From Toensbergia leucococca (lineage: Eukaryota): a stretch of DNA of 64,000 nucleotides. Below are positions 46,641 through 57,827 of this stretch, piece after piece. The stretch lies in assembly GCA_022813965.1 (NCBI GenBank), contig JALDZS010000056.1, forward strand, positions 62,001 through 126,000, in the 5' to 3' direction. Position 1 is the stretch's first letter, and every line of letters starts with the position of its first letter. The notes beneath the pieces were generated by a model, which saw only the letters and a list, made by a program, of their open reading frames with translations, was not told the DNA's origin and made no database searches. The position numbers and the translations under genes are program-made.

Positions 46641-48078
46641 CTACTGTGCACCCTTGGCCGCGAACCCAAGTTGCGGGCTCGTGTCACCGTTGAAAACAAC
46701 AAACTGCGACTTGAGGAAGATGTCGCCAAAGATAGTGAAGCCGATGCCAGAGTTGGATTGAATGCCACCAAAGCAAGCTATTTCCAACCGTCAGTATCCA
46801 CTCAAAGACCACGGGCGAGAGGAAACGGAAAACTCACTGGAGCTGCCTGAGGTGACAGGGCCGTAGTTGACATAGTCGCCCGGAACAACGGCATTGTAAC
46901 CCCCGATGCCCAAGGTGATATCCGGCAGACTTGTCGAGCAATCATACACGTACCCGCCATCGGAACTGCTGTCCGATGCTCCATCCACTTGGGCATAGTA
47001 GGCGCTGACAACATCGTCCGGAAGCAAAAGGAGCGTTGTACCCGTGTCAGCGATAGCATCAATAGTCTCAGAAACAAAGTCGCCATCGCCGACAGCGTAT
47101 CCGCTAGCGTCAAATTCCCAGAAGCCGTTACTTGTGCTTACGTCCACGTAGGTGATGGAGCCAGTATACTCGGAGTCGTCAATGTAGCCGAAGTTGTAGC
47201 TGCCAGGAGCGCCCTTGTTAAGGTTTGCTGTGAAGAGCGGGGCGTCAAGGCCGGAAATGGCGTTGGAGAAGAAAGTCTGTTGCTGGGTTGGGGAGACTGT
47301 GACTGTGTCAGTCGGTGTAAAGGTGTTGTAGGACTTTTTGATGGGAGTTCCGTAGGCATTGGTCGGATTCGATCCAACAATCACACATTTCATGGCAGAA
47401 GTAAGCCACATAAATGACTTACCTGTGTTAAGTTGGTTGAAGGCTAAGCCAAGCAATCCATCGGTGCTGGTATCCGAAACAAATTCAGAGCTGATTGTTG
47501 AGGCCAGCTCAACCGCTTGACTCGAGACAGTCGTGCCTCCTACCTCCACTACATCATCATAGACGTTACCACTGGCTGAAGATCCATCGCCATATGAAAT
47601 GCTCCAAGTGGCACCGCTCAATTCTTGAGCAGTGGAAGAGTCATCAGGGTTATAGATGTTGTGGCCAGCTTGATCCGAGGCAGGAAGCTCCGAGGAGAAA
47701 ACCCAGCTTTTTCATATCAGCGCTAGTGCATTAATTAACAGAAAGTGGATATAATACTCACAGATCAGAGGAACCTGTGTCGAAATCCAGATTCAAGGTT
47801 TGTCCGCCAATAGTCACAGGGCACAGATAAGAAGAATCACCTGACTGGGGGGTGGCGGTAACAGATCCATCGTCTTGGGCAGCGGCAGCAGCGAGGTTTG
47901 CCGAAATAGGTGCACCGTATTTGCTGTAGGCATGAGCCAAGGCATTTGGCCCAGTCTTGGTGGTCGTCTTGGGTACGTTTTGGACGAAACTGAAAGTCTT
48001 GCCTCGTTTCTGGATAGGGGATGCTGAAGCGAGGGAGAGTATGGCCGAAGCCGTGCTGAGTTGCTCGATGAAACGCAT
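46641..48078 (-). CDS. Secreted aspartic protease (aspergillopepsin/penicillopepsin type, family A1), 4 exons
   Basis: Signal/pro-peptide [25 protein letters not shown]; catalytic [10 protein letters not shown] and [22 protein letters not shown]; last exon [28 protein letters not shown]...LGFAAKGAQ*. Confidence 0.95.
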
Positions 48079-51000
48079 GATGGTATATATTTGAAGACTA
48101 TGTAGTGAGGAGTGGATGTATATACAATATATTGAATGATGTGAGAATGAACTTTGTACAGGAAATAGGAATGTCGACTTCAGAACTACTGATGTTGGCT
48201 GCCCATGGGGAATCAAGGACCATTTTATAGGAAATTTCCCCCCCGCATTCTAATAGAGGATATGGTGTTTCACGCAGTCCGAAGCTTCGTGAACATGGAG
48301 GCCGAAAATCATGGTAGTCTTGTCATGGTATGTCGAATTAAAGAGCGCCGTTGACGACGTCTCAACGGAGGCAATCCGGGATGGCAAGCTCAAGGTGATC
48401 CTCTGGCCCTATTTCCTGCCGAGGTAGATATCCGAGAGGATGGCAAAAACATGGTGGGTGAACGACTCGCGATTGAGCAATAGGGCCTTTGCACGAGCAC
48501 CGCTAGGGTGGCACTGGATGAAATACGGAGGCGGAGACTCGTCTCTTTTAGGAAGTTTAGAGCAAAAAGGGTTCGGGTCCTTGAAGAAGGAGGTGGCAAG
48601 TCACTCTAGCTGGTACGTGCTTGAACAGAAGGAGCAGTCTTTAATTTTAGCCATTCAAGACGGTGGTCATGATTGGATCAAGTCGTTGGAGGCGAGCTTG
48701 GATAGTTGCTTCGACCAAGGCTTGATTGTTTTTCTGTTGCATCTGTATGGTGGGAAACAGTGTACAGGGTTCGACTGATCTGCTCTACCTCTCGACGTCA
48801 AGCGTCAAGACGGGAGATCGGCGAAGGGGAGATGCAGGACCACAACCAGCCATTACTCGTGTGACTTGATGATGCAGGGCATAAGACAGTAGCTGCATCG
48901 AGTAAGTCATCTCCTCGCCACAACGGTGGTGGTGGGGATGCAGGCTTACCGTACCTTAGTCTCCATGGACGATGACGTTGGCTGGTGGGACTTCTTGCAC
49001 TTAGCACTTGGGGTTGAATAAGGTCGCGTCCGACGGACCGCTGACCTGGATGATACTTGATGCGACAACAATCCCCTTTTCTGTTTATCGGAGAAGTCTC
49101 CTATTCTCGATGTTTCCGCTGCTCAGACACCGAGGCAGCGAGCACTCGTTACATGCTGCTCTTCCATTGGCTGCGCTAAGTTTCAGCAGGATCGCAAGCT
49201 TCACCTCCGACAAGCCAACCCCGAGGTGTGAACAAACCCCTCGACCACTTCCACAACCCTCCCTAAATTGAGGAACCTTATGCCCGGCTATACTGACACT
49301 TGGAAAGAAGTCATTCCGACCAAGGGTCAATGGTGAGACAAGATCTTGTCCAAGTCCGGGCTCCGTTATCGTTTCTCTGGGAGAGATTTTGAGTCTTGAC
49401 AGATCCACAAGCAGGCAGGCTGTGGGAAAGACTGATTCTTCAAGTCTGGGATTCAATCATCAACGCCGCATGTCTACTATCTCTTTGTTGCTCCATCACT
49501 TCAAAAAGACGCTCTACCACGAGAAAGTCTGTCTGAGGTTGGTGGGTTCTAGTGGCTGATCTTACTTTGCTTGCTCTTCGGTACTATCTGCCTCCCCTAG
49601 GTCCACCAGCCGTCCAATGTGTTGCGCAGTACAAAAACAACCCTTGACAAGAATGATGCACGGCGTCGAGATAGCCCTGTGCAAAACACAGACTGGGGCA
49701 TGGGTTCCTATCGGCCGCTAGGCTCCGCAAAAGGAAATGAGTAATTCTGACACACAGATGGCTTTGACAAGAGCGAACTTTTAGATGGCCCTTCTCGGTT
49801 CCCTCACAGGAAGACAATGGCTTTGCTCCGCGACTGCGATCGCAGCGATTGTAGCCGCTAATTGCAGCCGATCTTCCTTCAACAGTCTTGATGTGAGATT
49901 CCTCGCTCACCACTAGATTTGTGACAACGACGTCGAGCATCGTGGGGACTTTTGTTACCTTGACTTCGATAATCTGAGCCGAGGAACCTACTCCGTAGTA
50001 TCAGCTCAGTCAGCCGTACTACATCGGACATATGTGGAGACTAATTAGGCCCCCAAGGCGCTTATCCAGATACGCATGTGGGCACTTCTATGTCATATCG
50101 AGCAAAGTCGCCCAGAATGACCAGGTGCATCACAGCATCGGGTGCATCAATGCTTTCGCAGGTAGAAATGATCTGTGCTGAAAAAGGAGTTCATATGATA
50201 TCATTTCATCAGATCTGAAATGGCATTTGGCTATACTTTCCAGTCAGTACATTGTTTGATTTATTCCCTACATGCGGTGTCTTCCACTGAAGAACGGATC
50301 TACAAGTCTGACTTGCGGCTGAGCCTCAATATAGCCATTTCAGGCAAGTCTAGACGCACTTTTTGAGCTTTAATGTGGTCGATAATCGGGATCACTTACT
50401 TGTTTTCCAAGTATAACACGCTAGAGATAGCTGTCAACAGGTTTGGGAAGAGCGCTTCGCTCCATCATGTTGCTGTCCCCATTCTCTGACAGCATATTGA
50501 GTGCCCGTACATAGTCCCAGGCTCAAAGTGGCTAGGCATGAGCACTGAGCAGAGAAACGAGCTTGCAATACTGCATGGCTGAATAGGAATGTCTCTTGGA
50601 GTGTTCTTGTAAATACTCACGAAATTGAATCCCAGTCCACACATCACACCAGATTCGAGACGCTAACCAGTTCAAACCTACCACCTCTGTCTTCACAATC
50701 ATTACAAGTCTCGAGCTCTCGAGCGATGTTCTTTCGTTTCAGTGCCAGTTTCAATCTCGAAGCGCGCGAAAAGATTCGCGGATCTCGCTTGTGATTGGCT
50801 CGTTGACAATTCGCGAAGCGGCCGTTTCTTTGTCCGGCCCCTCAACTCTCTTTGTCTTCTGCTGTTCACTGGTGACTGGTGACTGGTGACAGGCATCCAC
50901 TGTCGCCAACAATGACAATGGCTTTGTTCACTGTCGTAGGAAACAAGTTGAGGGAAGTATAAAAATATGTTCTTTCACTTCCTTTCTGTTTTCATTCTTT

Positions 51001-51123
51001 GTGGCTTATCGTCTGCTTAATATCTGTCGATACGCCAACAAGAGACTGGTTCTCTTTCTTTTCACGTCGCTCCTTCTAGTCGTTTTCCCACGCGTAACCT
51101 CAGCAAGGGAACCAGACGGCAAT

Positions 51124-51786
51124 ATGCTTCTCGAAATCATCTTCACCCTCTTCTTTTCCATCTCTCTCTCGTCGACCTACGTGCTCCCCGTCCAGATCCG
51201 AGATGCTCCCTCCAGCACCAGCATCGTGCTTGCAACTGCCCCCAAATCTGCCTCATGCGCCGGCGCACCCTCCTCATCCTCGGAATGCCGAACCGCCTCC
51301 CAAGCTGCTCCCATCATCGCCGAGGTCTTCAGCGCATACGACATAACCTCCCCGGGGGAAATGGCGGCTTTAATATCAACCATGGCTTTTGAGAGCGGTG
51401 ACTTTGAATACAACATCAACATCTACCCGGGAAATCCAGGCCAGGGAACCCGCAACATGCAGATGGCGTCATACAACGTCCTTTACGCACATTCCATTCC
51501 TGCTCTAGCCTCCGAGCTCAGCTCGATTACGAACGGCGCACCTGCCAGCTCGCTGTCGACAACGCAGTTAAATGCGGTACGCGGCTTACTGATCGCAAAT
51601 GATTCGTATGACTTCGGATCGGCGGTGTGGTTCCTCACCACCCAGTGCTCTGAGAGCGTCAGGACCGGGTTGCAGAGCGGCGGGCAGGCTGGATGGGAGA
51701 ACTATGTTAGCGGCTGCCTCGGGACGACGGCTACGAGCGATCGGCAGGCTTACTGGGAGAGGGCTAGCCAGGCGTTTGCGGCTTAG
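51124..51786 (+). CDS. Secreted protein with probable GH19/lysozyme-like fold
   Basis: TATA at ~50959; signal peptide MLLEIIFTLFFSISLSS; EMAALISTMAFESGDF, PGQGTRNMQ, GSAVWFL, DRQAYWERA; 4 Cys. Confidence 0.8.
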   Translation: MLLEIIFTLFFSISLSSTYVLPVQIRDAPSSTSIVLATAPKSASCAGAPSSSSECRTASQAAPIIAEVFSAYDITSPGEMAALISTMAFESGDFEYNINIYPGNPGQGTRNMQMASYNVLYAHSIPALASELSSITNGAPASSLSTTQLNAVRGLLIANDSYDFGSAVWFLTTQCSESVRTGLQSGGQAGWENYVSGCLGTTATSDRQAYWERASQAFAA

Positions 51787-53537
51787 AGGTAGGGACAAGG
51801 CGGTGTAGAAGGGTGGGGTTTCTGTTGCATTTTGCGTGCGTGGCTGAAAAGTTTTTGTTTGAACATGTCGGGAGACTAGGACTAGGCTTGGCTACATAGG
51901 TAGCATCTGCCGAATAGCAAAAGAACATGCTCAACAATGTACATCCATATCCTCGATTTCAAATCCATTTTTGAATGCTTCATAAGTGATTCTTCGTTCG
52001 TCCTGGTTAACATCTATAATCTCGGTCTTGTTCCCCCTTGTAAGCCAGCATTGCAAAAGTAAATCTCCTCATGAAATAATTACCAACAAACGTCAGCCCT
52101 AGCAAGCCATCCCCCGAGGTTCATCGTCCATGGATTCGAGGGACATCGAGAAAGTGAATCAGCACGAATCACGAGGAATCACGGTAATTCGAACCAGTCA
52201 AGCTTTACCTCGAGCTTGTTTCGTCCGTTCAGTGACCCGATCCCAAAACGACGAATGATCATCTCACTTGCACCATGTCCACAAAACCATCACCAGGGAC
52301 GAAAGGGATAGAAGCAAAGCGCGAAACACAAAAATGGAACAGAAACAGTGCACGTTGGAAAGATTTTAACTGCGGGGTGCATGCGGTGAGATGGTTGGGA
52401 AGACAACATGGCCCCACGAACCGAGTGATATGATTTACACCCATTCGGATTTCCTGCTGACCTGATAAATGCCTTTTCGGGTCCTTTTCGCTCTTCCGGG
52501 GCGGGCCAGGACATGTGCTAGTCAACCCCTCCCCCCGGGGCTCTCAAGCACTGGCTAGTTTGGTGACTTTGTCGTGGTTGATCGGAGTTTTTCAGGGAAG
52601 AGCCATTCCGACTAAATCTGGAGCGTTGCTTGGAATTTGTGGTTTAAAAGTGCATTGTGGGGTATCATTGGCGTCGCTTGCTGGGGTTGAAGACGGCGTA
52701 TTTTCAACTGGTACTTTGTGCAGTCTTCAAGGGTGCTGACATCCGTTTTCAAGGACGTTGGTTTGTTGTTGGTTGCTGATGGATGAGTTGGATATATGTG
52801 TGCAGCTGAGAAGGGAAGATGAAACGATCATCTCCGAAGAAGACTGGGTGCATTTTATATTTAAGACTTGAACTCTTATGGACGCCCTGTCTGTGCTGAT
52901 CATACAAACATTGCCATTACTTGAGACCTTGCTGTAGTACAGTGGACTGAAGAATCATCGGGGAAGAAATCTCTTGAAGATTGACAAAGGCGACGAGTGG
53001 CGATTATCAACACGGCACTCGTATGAGAACAAGAAAGAGTTCTATTGAATGTTTCATCTGCCTGCTATCAAAGACATCAGGAACTCACTCCCATGTCATT
53101 CCCATTCCAGCATCAATGAAACGGCCTATTCCTCATCCATAAATCTTAAAGATAACGAAGAAATTGTTCTTTAATTGCAAGCTTAATGTTAGTAAGCCCC
53201 AAGCATGGCCTATCATGAACATATCATGTTGATCTGTCCTCAATGCAGGGGTAGACCAAATCTGGGTTACCTTCACTAGTCCAGTCAGCATCCAAGCAAC
53301 TCGAAGGGGGAAAAGTTAGAGGCACCTATTGACCTGAAGTTTTGCGTTCTTACATATCGAGATCTAGGGAAATGGAAGCTTAAACATGGAATGTTGTCCT
53401 TCTGACTCCTTGCTTCCCACCATCATTTGTTATCATGACCGATAAGTCGATTCGACATGTCATAGACTGCCATCAACACATTGCGCCAATCTTTAATATA
53501 CTAAGAATTCTTTGAAGCGTTCAGGCTCCACCGTGAT

Positions 53538-55013
53538 TCAACGTTCTAGTAAACCAACGTCCCAGTTTTGAAGCTTCCTCGCTGACACTGGGAGAATGCT
53601 TTTACTCGCTTGAAGATCTGCGTACAAAGCATATAGCACGTAGTCTGGAAGTTCGAGCTCGTCTACTCTCATGCCTTGCTTTTCGAGTATGTATGCTGGG
53701 TCCGAGACTTTCTGGTACAGGATCTTCAGTGCCCGTTTTGGACCGCCTGGACCAAACGAGGTAGAATACCGCAAATCTGGTGTGAATACCCAAAGCTATT
53801 GTCCATTAGCCACATTGAAGATCCTTGACAATACCATCTAACGACTGACCAGTATAGCATCCGTGGTGTACTCTATTGTCCCACTGTAAGCAATGAACTT
53901 ATGAGTAGCTTGACTTGCAATCAAAGCCAAGAGCTGTGCGCATATTAAAGTCTGTATGGCGCACACGGTCCAATCCATCTCCTTTGCACTTCTTAAGGAT
54001 AAGCTCCATTTATCAAGCCGAAGGCCTTGCAACCTCTCATCTTCAATTCCGACAAGCTCATGACACGACACACATTCCAAGAAAGGCTGATGCAAACGCT
54101 TTCTCTGCAGAAGATCAGCGAATGTACCTCAATAATATCCCGTGATGCCTATGACATGAGAACCACACGGTGAAAGCCTAAGGCTCCAACTATGGTGCAT
54201 CGATCGCTAACGTAGAGTAACCCATACATACATCATGAATGAAGAGGGTAGGCAAGGCGCTGCGAGATGGATCTCGGAGAGGAGTACTCTTGGGTACTTG
54301 TATCGGCGACCATGCCATGGATCCGACTTCAAGTACGGGAACAGGTCTCCTTCTTACTACCCGAACGGTGCTATGTTTCCTTGGAAAGGATTCGCAACGC
54401 TCGAGATCTTTCTTGTACATACCTGAATTCCCTGACAGTCTTGTTGCGATAAGAGGACATGACAAATGTCGACAAGACCAACTCCGGGTGTTGCACCTAG
54501 CCTACTTGAAGCATTATAGCCTTTGGCAAATCCCTGGGTCCCAGAAGCGTCGTATTCATGAGTATCGGGCTTGTGGCAGTGCCAGAAGTCCATCATCTCT
54601 GCCCAATTCTCGCTTGGGAGATCTTTCCAGGTAGTAACGGTGTTGGCCACGAGGATAGTCTTGCAAGATCTACAAGCAATTTGGGTGTCGCAGGTTAAGG
54701 AAGAAGCAGGCCAAGGGCAGTCGTTGTCCAGAGCAATGTCACTATGTGGTGTGAATCTGGAGCCTTCGGAGAGCTTGAGACGAAAATGTAAATCCTTAGT
54801 CTTCGTTGCAGGCAAGATCAATTTTGCGTCAGGCGGGACTGGTGAGGGCAGCTCAATGGTAGCTGTGTCTCCGCCGTGCGAGACGGAGACGAACCCTCGG
54901 TCACTAGAAATGTCGACTCGGGTGCTTTCATTGCAATGAGAAGGCAGAGTAGCGAAAAGGGTCACCTGGGGAATATGGAGAAGAAGCTCGGCATACAAAA
55001 TGATTGGCGACAT
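53538..55013 (-). CDS. HECT-like ubiquitin-conjugating enzyme E2-binding protein (UBE3D / yeast Ipa1 family), 3 exons
   Basis: LYAELLLHI, CRSC, WKDLPSENWAEMMDFWHCHKP, CVSC...LRLDKWSL, LWVFTPDLRYS, SARKLQNWDVGLLER*. Introns at 54105-54422 and ~53797-53849. Confidence 0.9.
54292..54362 (-). ncRNA. Candidate structured cis-regulatory RNA element within intron 1 of the Ipa1/UBE3D gene
   Basis: Sense RNA GGGUA-GUAAGAA-GGAGACC...GGUCGCC-GAUACAAG-UACCC: two helices flanking a purine-rich internal loop, plus a foldable apical region. Confidence 0.45.
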
Positions 55014-56839
55014 GGGGATAAACAGCACTTCAATCGGTTCCTCTTCGTTGATGAAAGTCGCAGCACATAAAGGTAGTCATGGCAGCGATTGTGTTGGCAG
55101 ACTGTCGCAGTGACCTCATGCGGGAAGTGGAGGATAAATACCTGCTGAAGATAAAAGTACGATGATTTTCGATGTCGCCGATCTGCCTAAAGTACGGGTA
55201 TTCTACGGATAGAGTGCTCTCGGTAGAACAGGCCGGACTTTACGGATACCGGTTTATTTAATTCTCTTCGGGAGCCAGCGTGCCAGAGTCTTTTAATTTA
55301 CTCGAGTAGTCGATTTCTATGCCTACTTTTCCTTGTCTCTTACCTCTTTCACCTGCAACGAGTATCCACGGGTGTTTGACAGATGTCCTGAATCAATAGC
55401 GATGGGGTCAACACCTCCACCCCTAAAAGGATGGCTCGAGAGATCGACATCTTGAGTCATCACCCTCCTCACATGTAAGGCAACTGCCTTGGGATGCATG
55501 GCCATTGGCCCTGGAGTACTTGAAGGTACCGAGGCAAAGAAAGTAGCTGACGCCGTGCAACCACAACCGCGACGAGGAAGAGAGAAGTTGCCGCACTCGG
55601 GCCAGCAGCCCTTGGGGTAGTGAACAATCCTTCAAGTATCAACAGCATGTATCACTACATTTTCTTCTCCGCCCTTGTGGACGACTACTTAGGCAATCAA
55701 TGCACCTCCGAGAATACACCTATGCGAGGATTTCGTACGACACTATCCGTACTATTGGCAAAATGTGATTCGGCCGACTAGTCATGTGGCTTGCAGACCT
55801 GGAATGACTCAGCTATAAATTGGTGCAGCGGCTAGCGAAGTACTGAAGGTAAAATAACGGTACGCGTCAAGTCAGCTTGGAATACCAAGATATTGGAGCT
55901 TGTTGATCAAGAGCGGCTTGGGGACATTGATTGTGGATGACTCATGGTTGATTCATGGGTGATCACGATGAGGCATGGATTTGGCTGTGGTACCACAGCT
56001 TTGAGCCTGCTTAGCTCAGGAGTAGGAGAGCAATACGACGCGAAAGGTGGAGCAGATCTCAAAGTTAGTCTAACATCAGAGACAGGCTGGCACTTATGTG
56101 GACAACCGCATCAGTTAATCTGCCTTCACGGCATAGCACTTCGGCGTCAGTGACTTGCATGGTCATAATGTGAGCCACATCAATCTGAGATCTCTAGCTG
56201 TCTTCTCCTCAATACTTCTATACAATACGCAAATATTCTATCAGTGCATGATGATTGTGTCTGGATCTAGAGATCTCTTCGGCAATATTCTGGATACGTC
56301 CATGGCCTGTGCTATGTCGAGGCCCACCTACCTTAGCCAGGAGAATCAGCTGCAACTTCTTTCGTAGGCTGAGACTGACCATTTGCACAAGTAGTATTGT
56401 TCTTGGGATTAGGCGCCCTGCAGGGTTTGTGTTCATGACGAAGCTACGGCTCGTTGACAAGGACTGGGAAACTTAGAGTGGATGGGCCATTCCAGTTGTA
56501 CGCATGGTTCCCAACTACCACCAGTATTGAAGAGTTTCACAAAGATGTCACAAGATACCCTGCTTCTCGTTATGTAAGCTCCTCAATGCGACCATAAGAG
56601 AACCTCTTGTTGATTCTTGCAAAGTTTCATGCTATGCAAGTTACATGCGCTGCTTCTTCTGAGTCCTGTCTGCATCGTTTCTCTTCAAGGCTGATACCTT
56701 TTGTATCATATCTTCAAAGTTTTCAGTCGACAGTGACGTGTTGACTGACATCTTGACTTTTTTTTTAAAGTGCCCTCTCTGCTTTATATTGAACTCTGCA
56801 CTGTTTTATGAATAATGTTGATGCCAGGATGCCATATCA

Positions 56840-57827
56840 ATGATGACTTACAGATATATCATAAGCCTCATACTGACTTCCTTTTCATTCTATTTCATTC
56901 CCTATGCACTACGACATCGTGGTCAGTCTCCGAGTTTCAATATCGCGCCCAGAGCGCCCATCTAATCCAGGTGTAGTTCTTCCAGACAGCGTAGCAAGCG
57001 GAAACTACCTAATTCAAGACTGTGGCTCCAAGGCCAGCAGCGTCCAAACACTCCTTCAAAATACCTACCAGTCCCTTCAATCCCTCATCACGTCCTTCAA
57101 TCCCACTAGCTCCACCTATACCGCCTTTTTCGGTGGCGTTGACCCTACAATCATTAATGCAGTCTACTCCCGTATGGCCACCGGCGCTAATGTAACAGTC
57201 TGGATTAGTTCCCGTCAACCTACCATCGTCTGCGTCAATGGACCAGAGAGTACCGTCTGGGACTGGTGTCAATCATCTTCGTTCCTCGCGGGGCATTATC
57301 GTCAGACACAATTTATTGTGCTCTGCCCTAGTTTCTTCGATAAGGCTCCAATGCCCAGTCTAGGAGACTGTGGACGACTGAACCGCGCGAAGACAGCGTT
57401 TATGAATGTACCGCCAGATACGCAGTACAACATCTTAATTCATGAGCTAGTGCATCTGTACCTCGGCCAACAGACTTTAAAGCCAGAGCTTTACAGGATG
57501 AATGAGTGTATTGCCCTGCAGGCTGATGGCAAATTGATCAACCCGTCAAACTATGAATACTACGCGCAAAGTAAGTCTGCCGGCATAAGCTGTGTTGCGG
57601 AAGACCCGATATTAGGGGACGCATGGGGTTTTTCAAAGGACTCGGAACTGACTTATCTCAAAGACGTTGCGGCCGAATGTACGTCATTTCCCATGGGCAT
57701 CTCCATCGCTGAACCCGACCGTGAACTCCTAAGTCAAGCCTCGGTATCATCGGAAATCCTGAACTTCAGCATTGAATGCGGTAACGCTGTTGGTGAAGTC
57801 TATCTCTTGACCTGTCCTCCAATATGA
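56840..57827 (+). CDS. Secreted HExxH zinc metalloprotease-like protein (M35/deuterolysin-like fold), apparent +1 frameshift after the signal peptide
   Basis: Main ORF 56904-57827: YTAFFG, IVLCPSFF, ILIHELVHLYL, INPSNYEYYA; intron 57571-57663. Signal-peptide ORF 56840-56965 is in another frame. Confidence 0.7.

Noticed and set aside
52180..52240. tRNA T-arm or hammerhead ribozyme core (GGTTCGAAT, CGAAAC on minus strand)
   Set aside because: No T-stem pairing and no CUGANGA core.
38456..57663. Window-wide excess of 3n stop-free introns (cupin 63 nt, protease 126 nt, metalloprotease 93 nt)
   Set aside because: Outside sltA the count is about what chance predicts among roughly 45 introns, and such introns are easier to notice in an ORF track.
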